The notes under the pieces are model-generated. The model saw nothing but the letters and a program-made list of their open reading frames with translations. It was not told the DNA's origin and did not search any database. Below are positions 50,555-61,675 of a DNA stretch of 64,000 nt, one piece after another. Within the stretch, counting starts at the first letter, position 1; each line of letters begins with the position of its first letter. The stretch covers positions 36,590 through 100,589 of the forward strand of contig DFHG01000008.1 in assembly GCA_002372615.1 (NCBI GenBank). The letters run 5' to 3'. Both the position numbers and the translations under genes were made by a program. The stretch is from Mycoplasmataceae bacterium UBA3729. Its GTDB lineage: Bacteria; Bacillota_I; Bacilli_A; Mycoplasmatales; Mycoplasmoidaceae.

Positions 50555-50957
50555 TAGATTTGATTATATTGTAAGTTTTATCGATATCATTAACAAAAAT
50601 ATTCTTACATTTACCAAATTTAAAACCTTCATCTTTACCATATTTTGGAATAACATGCATATGAACATGCATAACATCTTGTCCAGCTATTTTATTTTCA
50701 TTACAAAGATAATTAAAACCTCATGGTTTTAATTTAGATTTACTTATCTTATTAGCAACATTTTTACAAAGTTCAGTCATAGCTGCTAAAACATCTACAG
50801 GTGTCTCACTAAAATATTGATAATGTTGTTTACTAATAATGATGGTATGACCATCAGCAATTGGATTAATGTCTAAAAAAGCAATTGCTTTTTCATTCTC
50901 ATCAACAATTTTTGCAGGAATATTACCTTTAATAATTTCACAAAAAATACAGCTCAT
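50544..50957 (-). CDS. HIT-family nucleotide hydrolase
   Basis: CIFCEII..G..P and the histidine triad HVHMHVIP. Extended across one TGA (414 nt). Confidence 0.88.
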
Positions 50958-51014
50958 AATATATATAATATATTATATATACATAATATAATTGATTTGG
51001 AGAAGAATACGGCA

Positions 51015-51230
51015 ATGGCAGCAATTAAATTACAAACAACAGCTGAAGATATTAGAAAAATGTCAGAAAATGAATGACAAGAATATCGTAAGAAATCTTG
51101 ATTAAGAAAACGTGAATATTATAGTCAAGAATTACCTAATTACTATTTACCAAACCGTGAAGGTTATGCAAAATATCTTGAAAAAATTCAAGAAAGAATT
51201 AGCAAACGAAATCTCAAAAATGCTAAATAA
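51015..51230 (+). CDS. Small basic hypothetical protein (71 aa)
   Basis: GGAGAAG ribosome-binding site 10 nt upstream. The ORF is continuous with two TGA=Trp codons. No recognisable domain. Confidence 0.45.
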
Positions 51231-52178
51231 TTAAATTTTAAAATTTAATTTAATATAATTTTTAAGCTCTTCTTTCCCAAAATTATTAATAATCAAATCA
51301 ATATTTAACTTGATTATTTTTTTTCTAGTAGAACCTAGTTGAAATGATTTAATTTTTTGTGAATTAATTTTAACATTAGTATTAAATAAATGCAATAAAT
51401 TATCAATCATTAATAAAAATTGATATCGTGCAATAATGCTTGCAATAGCAACAGCAATATATTTAGATTCAGCTTTTGTTTCAAAGATATCGACTTTGTG
51501 TAAATAGTCATTAGAATTAATACTTAATTTATCCAAATAACTGTCATAATTTTGTTTAGAGCAATATTCATCCATTACAACTCTTTTATTGGTTAAATTA
51601 TTTTTACTTTTAATACATGAAATACAAACATCATGTCCATATGTTTTCAAAATGTTAATGTTATGATATTGTTGATATAACAAATTGTATTCATTAGGAT
51701 AAAATACTTTACATTCATATTTAACTAATTTCATTAATTTAGGGGCAATATCAAAAATGTCATTATCTTTAATTTTTTTAGAATCAGTTATTTTAAATTC
51801 TTTAAGTTTAGCTAAAATAGAATTATTGATATATGCTGCGCAGCATACAAAACCACCAAAATAATCTCCTGTGCCAACCTCATCACAACCAATATAATCA
51901 CTTGCAATATGATCGCTTATAGATTTATCTGCATAATTAACATATGGCAAATTTAATTTTTTTACTAAATTAACTATATTTTTACCTTGTATTAAAATAC
52001 TATTATTATTAAAAATTGTTAACTTACAATTATCAATTTCATATATGATTTTTTGTAAGTCATTATTAATTAATTTATGACATTTTTTAGATAAATTATT
52101 AATTAATGTTTCTCTCAATTTATCACTAATTTTATTAGTGTAAATAGACCTACTATACATTGGCATTTTTTTAGTCAT
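51231..52178 (-). CDS. rnhC: Ribonuclease HIII
   Basis: IGCDEVGTGDYFGG catalytic motif with an N-terminal extension typical of RNase HIII. 315 aa. Confidence 0.85.
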   Translation of the reverse strand: MTKKMPMYSRSIYTNKISDKLRETLINNLSKKCHKLINNDLQKIIYEIDNCKLTIFNNNSILIQGKNIVNLVKKLNLPYVNYADKSISDHIASDYIGCDEVGTGDYFGGFVCCAAYINNSILAKLKEFKITDSKKIKDNDIFDIAPKLMKLVKYECKVFYPNEYNLLYQQYHNINILKTYGHDVCISCIKSKNNLTNKRVVMDEYCSKQNYDSYLDKLSINSNDYLHKVDIFETKAESKYIAVAIASIIARYQFLLMIDNLLHLFNTNVKINSQKIKSFQLGSTRKKIIKLNIDLIINNFGKEELKNYIKLNFKI

Positions 52179-52207
52179 AAAATATATTTAAATTATATAC
52201 TTTTTTT

Positions 52208-52582
52208 ATGAGTAATGACTTTGATAAAAAGGCTAAAGAGATATTAAATAAACAATTTAGACAAAAAATACATGGTGGCTATGATCCAGAAGATGTTGAT
52301 CAATTTTTTGATGATGTAATAGTTTACATTAAAAAAATTGAAACTGATTATAATCAAATTAATGAAAAATTAAAAGATAATCAATCAATTATTGATGATT
52401 TAAAAAAACAAATTAATAATAAAGAAAATATTATTGCTTCTTTAAAAGAAGAATTGAAACATTACCAAGATGAAGGTTATTCAAATAAAATTTTAAATGA
52501 TCGTGTTAATACACTTGAAAATACAATTAAAACAATTTATTTAAATTCATTAAAAAGTAATGATAATAAAAAAAATAAATAA
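52208..52582 (+). CDS. DivIVA-domain (GpsB-like) coiled-coil protein
   Basis: ILNKQFRQKIHGGYDPEDVDQFFDDV.. followed by a coiled coil. Confidence 0.75.
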   Translation: MSNDFDKKAKEILNKQFRQKIHGGYDPEDVDQFFDDVIVYIKKIETDYNQINEKLKDNQSIIDDLKKQINNKENIIASLKEELKHYQDEGYSNKILNDRVNTLENTIKTIYLNSLKSNDNKKNK

Positions 52583-52592
52583 AAGTTAAAAA

Positions 52593-53468
52593 TTAATTTT
52601 TACCTAACGAACCAAAAACAGTCATTTTTTCAATAATTTTGTTTTTTATAGCTTCAGTACCAGGTTTTAATAATTTTCTAGGATCAAATCCTTTATTGGT
52701 CAAATTTAGGTCATTTTTTTGTTCGATGTATTTACGTGTTGCATCAGCAAATGCTAATTGGCATTCAGTATTTACATTAATTTTAGCAATTCCTAAAGAA
52801 ATAGCTTTCTTTATCATATCATTAGGTATATTTGTGCCACCATGTAAAACTAATGCCATATGATTGGTTGCTTCAGCGATTTTTGATAATAATTCAAAAT
52901 TTAAACCTTTTCAATTACTTGGATAAATTCCATGAATATTACCAATTCCTGCAGCTAGACAACAAATACTAAGTTTAGACATTTCAGCACATTCTTCGAC
53001 ATTTGCTTGCTCTCCTAAAGCAATTACACCATCTTCTTCGCCGCCAATAGTACCTACTTCAGCTTCTACAGTTGCATTGGTAGCTTTAGCTAATTCAATA
53101 ATTTTGTTAATACGCTCAATGTTTTCTTTAAAATTGTAACTACTACCATCAAACATTACAGAACTAAAACCAGCTTTTAAAGCAGCAATTGCGCCATCAT
53201 ATGATCCATGATCTAAATGAAGAGCAATATTAACAGTAATATTCATATTTTGCATACAATTAGTTACCATATCAACAACATTTTTATAACCACACATGTA
53301 TTTAGCAGCACCTTCACTAACACCAAGGATTATTGGTGAATTTGTAGTTTGAGCAGCCATTAAAGCAGCTTTAATTCATTCAAGATTATTAATATTTATG
53401 TGTGCAACTGCATAATGATTATCAACTGCTTTCTTAAGCATGTCGCTCATATTTACTAATTTTTGCAT
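52593..53468 (-). CDS. fba: Class II fructose-bisphosphate aldolase
   Basis: HLDHG, EAEVGTIGGEEDG and LVLHGG motifs. The fragments join (876 nt). Confidence 0.92.
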
Positions 53469-53471
53469 ATA

Positions 53472-53882
53472 TTATTCCTCTTCTTCAAATTCATTATTAT
53501 CAAGTGAAGTTTCGTCATTGCTGTCAAATTCTTCATCATATTCTTGATTATTTTCTTCAGCTTGGAGGTCTTTATCTTTTTCAAGATATTCTTCTTCATC
53601 ATCTGTATTTAACCCATACAATGTTTCTTCAATGTAATTTTTTTCACATTTGTCAAGGTTAAATTCACTTAAACATCATTTTTGTTTATTTCTATTACAT
53701 AAGATGAAACGAGTATCTTGTGTTAAATCAGTGTAAAATTCTCCGATTAATTCTTCTGCATCATTTTTTTTGATTCTTGCTGCAGTTAATAATTTTGATC
53801 ATAATTTGCTAAATTCAAATTGTTGACCACCAAATTCTTTTTTAGCTATCTCATATGCTTTATCAATTAATTGTTTTGCCAT
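53472..53882 (-). CDS. rpoE: DNA-directed RNA polymerase delta subunit
   Basis: N-terminal HARE-HTH-like domain and a long acidic D/E tail. 136 aa. Confidence 0.8.
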
Positions 53883-53932
53883 ATTGACAATTATTATATT
53901 TATTAATTAGAATTAACAACTAATAGATTATT

Positions 53933-54499
53933 TTATTTTTTGTTAATTTTTTTAAGAAGATTATTAATGTCATTTTTATTCATTCCTAACATATTAAAAC
54001 GTTTTAGCATTTGTTTATTATTACAATAACCAATATTTAATAAATCGCAAATCTTTTTTCTAATTTCATAACTATTTAAATTAAAATGTTGATATTCTTC
54101 TAATGATAAAGTATTTTTTACACTATTGTTTTTTTTAATATTTTTAAAAGCATTAATAATTTCTTCATCACTTGCTTCACAAACACCATTTTTTTTAATA
54201 TCTTTTTTTCGTGTGACAAATGCTTCAAAATAATTATCAAGATGACTAATTATTTTTTTTCTAATTAATTCACCTTGATAATCAGGATCTAAAAAAAGGA
54301 TAATTCCTCTATTAGTAGCTACTTTTTTTATTAATGAAATAGTTCTATTATTAATTGCAGAACCGTTGGTTTCAATTGTATCAACATTGAATAATCTTTT
54401 TAAGTGATTAGTATCACTTTTTCCTTCAACTACTACAACTTCTTTTATTATGGGTTTATTTTTTGTAAAAGTTGATGAAATTATTTTTTTTGTTTGCAT
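53933..54499 (-). CDS. rnmV: Ribonuclease M5 (Toprim)
   Basis: VVVVEGKSDTNHLKRL..ETNGSAIN..LFLDPDYQGE. Confidence 0.85.
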   Translation of the reverse strand: MQTKKIISSTFTKNKPIIKEVVVVEGKSDTNHLKRLFNVDTIETNGSAINNRTISLIKKVATNRGIILFLDPDYQGELIRKKIISHLDNYFEAFVTRKKDIKKNGVCEASDEEIINAFKNIKKNNSVKNTLSLEEYQHFNLNSYEIRKKICDLLNIGYCNNKQMLKRFNMLGMNKNDINNLLKKINKK

Positions 54500-55448
54500 A
54501 TTGAGATAATGATTGATTTTCAGAAAAAATAATTTTAATTACATCAGCTAAGTAACTACTTACATCAACAATTTTAAAATTTTTATTTTTAATTTTGTAA
54601 ACTGATTCAATGGTATTAGTTACATAAATTTTATCAATAATGTGTTGTTTCATCAAATTTTGAATTCTATCAAGAGCGTCCCTTGAAAATAAGCCATGAG
54701 TAGCAACAATATTTACTGTTTTAGCACCATTTTTTTTAAGCGCAATTGCTGCTTCACAAATGGTACCAGCTGTGTCAATTATATCATCAACAATTAAACA
54801 ATTTTTATTCTTAGTGTCACCAAGTATGTTTAATATTTCAGCGGTATTTGGACGAACTCTTTTTTTATCAAGAATAATAATACCAGCATTTGGGATAAAT
54901 TGACTTACTTCTCGCGCTCTTTTTACACTTCCATAATCAGGAGATACTAAAGCTAAATTAGTATGAACTATTTTCAAAAATTTAGATACACCTAAAGATC
55001 AGAGTCTTAAACTATCAAAGGGTATCTCATAAAAACCTTGAATTTGTTCAGTATGAACATCAATTGTTACAACATGATTTACACCAGCTATTTGTAACAA
55101 ATTAGCAATTAATTTTGCTGTAATAGGTTCTCTCCCACGTGATTTACGATCTTGTCGAGCATAAGCTAGGTAAGGAATGATAGTAACAATTTCTTTAACA
55201 TATGCACGTTTTAATGAATCTATGCAAACTAATAATTCCATTAAGTTTTCATTTACAGGTTTAGAAATAGATTGAATAATAACAATTTTTTTATGTCTAA
55301 CAGTCTCATTTGGACAAACTAAAATTTCACCATCAGCAAAGTGAGAAATAGTAGTATCAATTAATTTAATTTTTAAATGTTGAGCAATTAACTTTGCAAG
55401 TTTTTGAGAACCTGAAAGTCCAATAATTCCAATATTTTTAAAACTCAT
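54456..55448 (-). CDS. prs: Ribose-phosphate pyrophosphokinase
   Basis: YARQDRK and the PRPP loop IVDDIIDTAGT. The two fragments join across TGA (993 nt). Confidence 0.93.
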
Positions 55449-55516
55449 ACTTTTATTATATAAAGTATTTTATTTTACTAATATATGCTAATACAATTAA
55501 AATTTAGCAATTTCAT

Positions 55517-56932
55517 TTAATAAGGTGAAACTACTCATTCACCACTGAAACCAAAATTTATAACTGATGATTCACCATTATAGTAAAAAGTACCCTTACT
55601 TGCTACATCTTTATTTCAATTTTCAAATGCACCAATTGGAGCATTTTCAATTATTTCATTATAACCAATTTTGATATTATTTAATGAATTACAACCTAAA
55701 AAAATACTACGGTAACATCCTTGAGATAATTCAATTGATGGTAATTCTGCACTAGTAATTAATCCACAAGCGCAAAACATAAAACTATAACAATCATTAG
55801 CTAAAGTCATTGCAGGAAGAATAGGGATAGTTGTTATTGAAGGACAATATGCAAACATTTCATAATAACAACTTTCAGCCATTTCTACAGCTGGTAACTG
55901 TGAAGGTATTTGGTTTAAACTTTCGCAGTTATAAAACATAGAATAGTAACAACCTTTTTTCAATTTATAAGCTGGTAAATCAGGTGCTTTTTGTAATGAT
56001 GTACAATTAGCAAACATATATGTATAACAACTTTCAGCCATATAAATAGCTGGTAAATCAGGTGCTTTTTGCAATGATGTACATCCCTCAAACATATGTT
56101 CATAACAAAAATCATACAATTGCATTGCAGGTAATTCTGGTGCATTTACCAAACTAGTGCACTGAGCAAACATAAAAGAATAAGCACGATCTAAAATAGT
56201 TCGCGATGGTAATTTTGGAGCATTAACTAATGAAGTACAACCAAGAAACATTGATTGATAACAGTAGGGAGCTAAATTTGTAGCAATCAATTCAGGAGCA
56301 GATTCTAATGATGCACAATAACTAAACATTCCTCGATAACAAGAATGAGATAAACTAACTGCAGGTAGACTAGGAGCAAATACTAAATTTTCACAGTCCT
56401 CAAACATACTTGTATAACAATAATCAAAATTTAAATTGATTACAGGTAAGATTAAATCTTTTGCATTGATAGTTGCACTAGATCCTGCAAATAATTTATA
56501 AAAACAATGACTACAGTTAAAATAATAATTTTCTTGGCAATTTCCATCATCAATTAAACTCATTACATCACCACTTAAATTAACATTACCAGTTAATACT
56601 ATTTTGTTTGTGTATGAGGATGATTGATTTCAAATATTGTGATTATTACCTTTTAAATATATTTTCGTACCACTTAAAATAATAATTTTTTCCTCATAAT
56701 TTTTTCATACTAACCCATCATTTGAATATTGTAAATCACGAATTTTGTCATCTTGACCATTAGGATGGACAAATGTTAATGTTGAATCTTCTTTTGCTTC
56801 AATAGATAAATAAGAAAAATCATTCTCATTTGAATTATGTTTGCAACTAGATAAATAGTTTGCTATTGGCAAAATTATTGTATTTAAACTTAAAAATGAT
56901 AAAAGAAAAAATTTACGGTTCATGTTTTTCAT
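55517..56932 (-). CDS. BspA-type leucine-rich-repeat surface lipoprotein (third paralog, at least 8 repeat units)
   Basis: Lipobox ..NYLSSC. The N-terminal module is colinear with the 1276 and 3445 genes (YLKGNNHNIW.., GDVMSLIDDG). It is followed by about 26-aa units CYxxMFxxCTSLxxAPxLPA. 1416 nt with TGA=Trp. Confidence 0.8.
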
Positions 56933-56956
56933 AATTAATTAATATTATAAATGATA

Positions 56957-58300
56957 TTATCGATTATTTACTTTCTTAGACATATCATCAAGAATTTTCA
57001 TTGTGGTATTAGTGATGATTTCAGATGTTTTTTGTGAGAGAAATTTATAATTTTTTATAGTATCCTCAACATTTTTGCAAACTATACCATCATTAGGCGA
57101 AACTCTTCCATTATGTTCAATAACATTTAATGAAAAAAATCCATTTAATAATGAATTACATGCTTTATATGCACAAGAAGGTTTAGCACCGTCACATGCA
57201 ACATTATTCAATACACAAAGATGTGTATTAAGTAAATCATTAATTTTTTTTCATGATCAACCACGTTGGAAGGCAATTCCACAAATTGCACTAGGTGCAG
57301 CTGCAAAAGCACTTCCACACATAGCACATAAATGACCAATATTTGACTTAATGTATCAAGTAATATATTGTGCAAATAAAATAGATTGAAGTAATTTTAA
57401 TTCATTAACTTTAAATAATTTAGCATATGTTGATAGAGTAACAAATATAACTATGCCATGGCTTCCAGAATTTGCAACAGTCATAACTTTAATTTGATCA
57501 CCGAATAATCGTGCTTCAATTGCGGCTCCTACATTAATCAATATTTGGTTAGTCCAACTATTTTTTTTGTAATAATTATACTTATCATTAGAAATATTTA
57601 TCAATGTGTTTGTAATTGATGTAGGGTGGGCATATTTTTTTCCTCATTTAACAGCATCGTTATTTACTTTTATTCCTTCTCTTAAAAAACTAACATCATT
57701 AATAGTTAATTTTTTAATGAAATTATAAATTTCTTCTAAGTCAATATCATTATTATGATCATCAAAATTTAATCCACATGAAGCAAGAGATTTATTATGT
57801 GCTTTTTTAATGGTTTCTTTACCATTCAATTTAGCCATTGTTATGTTATCATGATAATCTTCAATTTTAACTAATGCTTTATTACCACGATCATCACAAG
57901 CTTCTACAAGAGTATAAATTGGTTTTGCATTATAATCAATTCTTATTTTTATTTTGCCAGATTCAGCTATTTTTTTAACTAAAGAAATTTTTTCAATTGT
58001 CAAATCATTGACAATAGATAATTTTTTTTCAGGTGTTTTTAAAACAAATCCAGCTGCGGCTATAGCATACATCCCACATTTTCCTAAATTTGGTACACCA
58101 ACACCAACATCATTACGATATATAGAAGTCGAAACTTTAACTGTTGCTTCTTTTAATTTACCTGGTAGTAATTGACCTGCTTTAGCACATGCTAATGCAA
58201 CTATACCAATTTCAGTACAACCATATGACAATTGAATCTGATTTTTTGCTAATTCAATAATAAAATTTTTGACATTAAAGTTTATTTGATTTATTTTCAT
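56957..58300 (-). CDS. UPF0597 / YhaM (CyuA)-type L-cysteine desulfidase family protein
   Basis: YGCTEIGIVALACAKAG, GVGVPNLGKCGMYAIAAAG, ANSGSHGI and VACDGAKPSCAYKACNS are colinear with E. coli YhaM as I recall it. Four fragments share one frame (1344 nt). Confidence 0.82.
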
Positions 58301-58407
58301 AATACTCTCACATATGTAAATATTATATTTTAATAAATATAAATTAATAAAACCTATCATCAAGTGATAAAAGAGTAAAAAAATAAATTTTTATATAATT
58401 TTATATT

Positions 58408-58971
58408 ATGGCAGACATTATAAATGCGCGTGATCTAAGAGCAGGTAATACTTTTACATACAATAATAATTTATACCTTGTTATTGAAAATTCTTTTAAC
58501 AAAACAGCAATGCGCCAAGGTATAGTTAAATGTAGAGTTAAAAATTTAAGAACAGGTGCTATCACTACTGAAGTTCTTACAGGTGAAAAAGTAGAGAAAA
58601 TAATTTTAGATATAATTAAAATGCAATATTCATATGAAGATGGAGATAATTTTGTTTTTATAGATAACACAACATATGAAACAATTGAAATTCCTAAAAA
58701 TCGGATGCAATATGAAGCAAATTTCTTAGATGAAAATGTTGAAGTAACAATTAACAAATATGGTGATGAAATTCTTGGTATTTCTTTGCCAGACCAAATT
58801 GTTTGCACAGTTGCAAAAGCTGAAGATGCAGTGCAAGGAAATACAGTAAACACTGCACAGAAAAAAGCATGATTATCGTCAGGATATGAAATTACTGTTC
58901 CACAATTTATTAAATCTGGAGAAAAAGTAGTCATTGATACAAAGTCAGGTAAATATGTTGGAAGAAATTAA
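58408..58971 (+). CDS. efp: Elongation factor P
   Basis: [24 protein letters not shown]-equivalent region and a C-terminal [16 protein letters not shown]. 187 aa. Confidence 0.93.
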
Positions 58972-59263
58972 TTGCACTATTAAAAATAAGTATGGTCAAA
59001 TTATTTATAGTAAAAGAGTTTTAACTCTTGTTATAGATAATATTTTGAAATATGTAGGAATTGATTATAAATTTAAATCAATTGAATTTTCTCATTTTAT
59101 TAAAAATACATCAAGTCAAAAAAATTTAATTATCACTTTATCAAAAAATAATGGTGAATGTTTTTACATTAATAAAATATGTGATATGCAAAAATATATA
59201 TATTCACTTATTAATAATTCTTTATGTATCCAAAACTTTAATTTCATTTTAGTTTATGAATAA
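58955..59263 (+). CDS. Asp23/Gls24-like small protein
   Basis: About 102 aa in the conserved Firmicute slot between efp and nusB. The motif match is weak ([21 protein letters not shown]). Confidence 0.5.
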   Translation: MLEEINCTIKNKYGQIIYSKRVLTLVIDNILKYVGIDYKFKSIEFSHFIKNTSSQKNLIITLSKNNGECFYINKICDMQKYIYSLINNSLCIQNFNFILVYE

Positions 59264-59660
59264 AAATTTACCACAATGAAAAAAACGTTTAGATATTGTT
59301 AATATTATTTACCGTGATATTTTAACTAATCACAACAGTGATAAATTAAAAAATAAGGAATATGCTTTTGACAGTGAAGAATTTACATACAACCAATTGA
59401 AAATTATAGAAAACTACTTTCAAAATTATGATAGTTATAAACAAAAGATCATAGTTTTGCTTGATGAATCATGAAGTTGAGAAAGAGTTAATCCATATAC
59501 AAAAGCATTAATTATGTGTGCAATTGCTGAGCATAATGCCATTAACACAAAAAAAGCAATTATAATTGATCAAGCGCTTAAAACATGTGATCATCGCGGG
59601 TTAATTAAAGATAAAAAATTTATCAATGCCATTTTAGAAAAAATGCTTAAAATTAAATAA
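59256..59660 (+). CDS. nusB: Transcription antitermination factor NusB
   Basis: 134 aa helical protein with NusB-like segments (R..ALIMCAIAE.., ..FINAILEK). Supported by synteny. Confidence 0.72.
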
Positions 59661-59669
59661 AATAAAAAT

Positions 59670-60374
59670 ATGGAGAAAACTACTAATAATTCGTTAAATA
59701 CTAGCAATAATGTTGATTTAGTAAATGATAAATTCAAAGATAAAAATTTTAAATTATCCTCTCTATATTATTTGTTTTTTGTCGCATCTATTATTGTTGT
59801 AATTGGAGCATGTGTGGCATTAGTTCTTCAGCATAATTATGAAAATTCAACAAAAAATGAAATTCAATGAAAACTACCAACTTTAATATGTAATGTTATT
59901 GCATTGATCTTTGTAGCAATTTATTTTTTCTTGCAATTAAAAGTTATTGCTCCAAAACAATATCATGTAAAGAAAAAATGATTTTATATCTTCCTTGCAG
60001 CAATGATTTCTTTTTGTACAATGTTGGTTGTATCTATTTTTGTTATTTATATCTCTACATCTAACAATATATCTACTCACAAAAAATTAGTTATTGCTAA
60101 TTTAGTTATTGTTGGAGTTTGATCATTAATAAATACTGGATTGTGTCGCTATTCACTTTTTCATATTGAAAAAGATATATTTATGCGTAAACATGGAATT
60201 GATGTCCAAAATCAAATTAAAGAAAAAAAGAATCATGACTTAAATCAAGAAAAAATTGCTAAATTAAGTGATGATGAATTTAAAAAATTAAAAATTAAAA
60301 ATGATGAAATAAATGATCATTCACAAATTGATAAACCAACTACAGGATTAGCTGACAAAGCTGAAATATTTTAA
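59670..60374 (+). CDS. Membrane protein with a charged C-terminal tail, unknown function
   Basis: 234 aa, 4 hydrophobic helices and a K/D/E-rich tail. The fragments share a frame. Confidence 0.55.
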
Positions 60375-61675
60375 TGCTTAAGACTTTTTATATTATTAAC
60401 CTTGGCTGCCGAGTTAATTTATATGAATCTATATCCATTGCTGGACAAATGATTAATTGTGGATATAAACAAGTTAAAAATATTAACAATGCTGATATTT
60501 GTATCATAAATACTTGTTCTGTTACTAGTCGTGCCGATGCAAAATCACGTTATTTCATCAATAAAGCAAATAATATAAAACAAATTAATTTAATTATTAT
60601 TTGTGGTTGTTTTAGTCAAATTAATTATGAAAAAATAATTAACAAAGCTCATATTATTATCGGTAATGTTTACAAATCAAATATTACAAAATTAATTAAT
60701 GAATATTTAAAAAAACAACAAAAAATTATTAAAATAATTGAACCCAATCTCATTACAAAATATGAATCTTTCCCATCTTATTCATATGATAATAACACTA
60801 AAGGATTTATAAAAATTCAAGATGGATGTGACTATATGTGTTCATATTGTTTAATCCCGTTTGCCCGTGGAAGACAACGTTCAGTTAGTCCGGAAATAGT
60901 TATTAGTACAATTGAAAAACTTATTAATGAAGGAATTTATGAAATAGTATTAACTGGTGTTAATACAGCCGGATACAAATATGAAAATTGCTCATTTTAT
61001 GATTTATTAAAAATGATTAATGAATTACCAGGAGATTTTCGTGTTAGAATTTCATCAATTGAACCTTTTCAAATTTCACATGAAATTATTGACTTAATAA
61101 CTTCAAATAAGAAACGATGAGTACAAGAATTTCATCTTTGTTTACAATCAGCTCATAATAAAATTTTACTTTCAATGAATAGAAAATACACAATTGAACA
61201 ATTTTATGAACTTTGTAAATATATTCGAACAAAAAATAAATTAGCCTCTATTTCTACTGATTATATTGTTGGTTTTAATAATGAAACTATTGATACATTT
61301 AATTTTTCAATTAAATGATTAAATAAAATTAAATTTTCTTTCATGAATATTTTTCCATATTCACAACGGCCTTTAACATTATCAGCGAAAAAAAATGAAA
61401 ATGTTGTTGATTTAAAAACAAAATTTATTTGAACTAAAAGACTACAAGAATATGCTAATAAATGAACTCATGAATATTTAAAAAAATTTATTAATAAAAT
61501 AGTAACAGTATACTTTGAAAAAAGCAAAAATAATACACAATCAAATGGATATTGTGAATATTTTTTCAAAGTTTATGTTAATACCAAAACAAATTTAAAT
61601 AAAAAAGTATTGCCTGTAAAAATTATTAAATTGGAAGGTAATAAACTATATGGTAAAATTACTAACACACATTAG
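60374..61675 (+). CDS. Radical-SAM tRNA methylthiotransferase (MiaB/MtaB family)
   Basis: N-terminal LGCRVN..NTCSVT and a radical SAM CDYMCSYC cluster motif. 1302 nt with TGA=Trp. Confidence 0.85.

Noticed and set aside
58401-58934. 177-aa ORF on the minus strand opposite efp. Similar long antisense ORFs occur at 36847..37182, 45453..45734, 33701..34018, 21634..21849, 57075..57335 and 57954..58175.
   Set aside because: They lie antisense to strongly conserved genes (efp, uvrA, pfkA, nadD, mgl, cysteine desulfidase). They have low-complexity or hydrophobic composition typical of shadow ORFs and no start-site signals.
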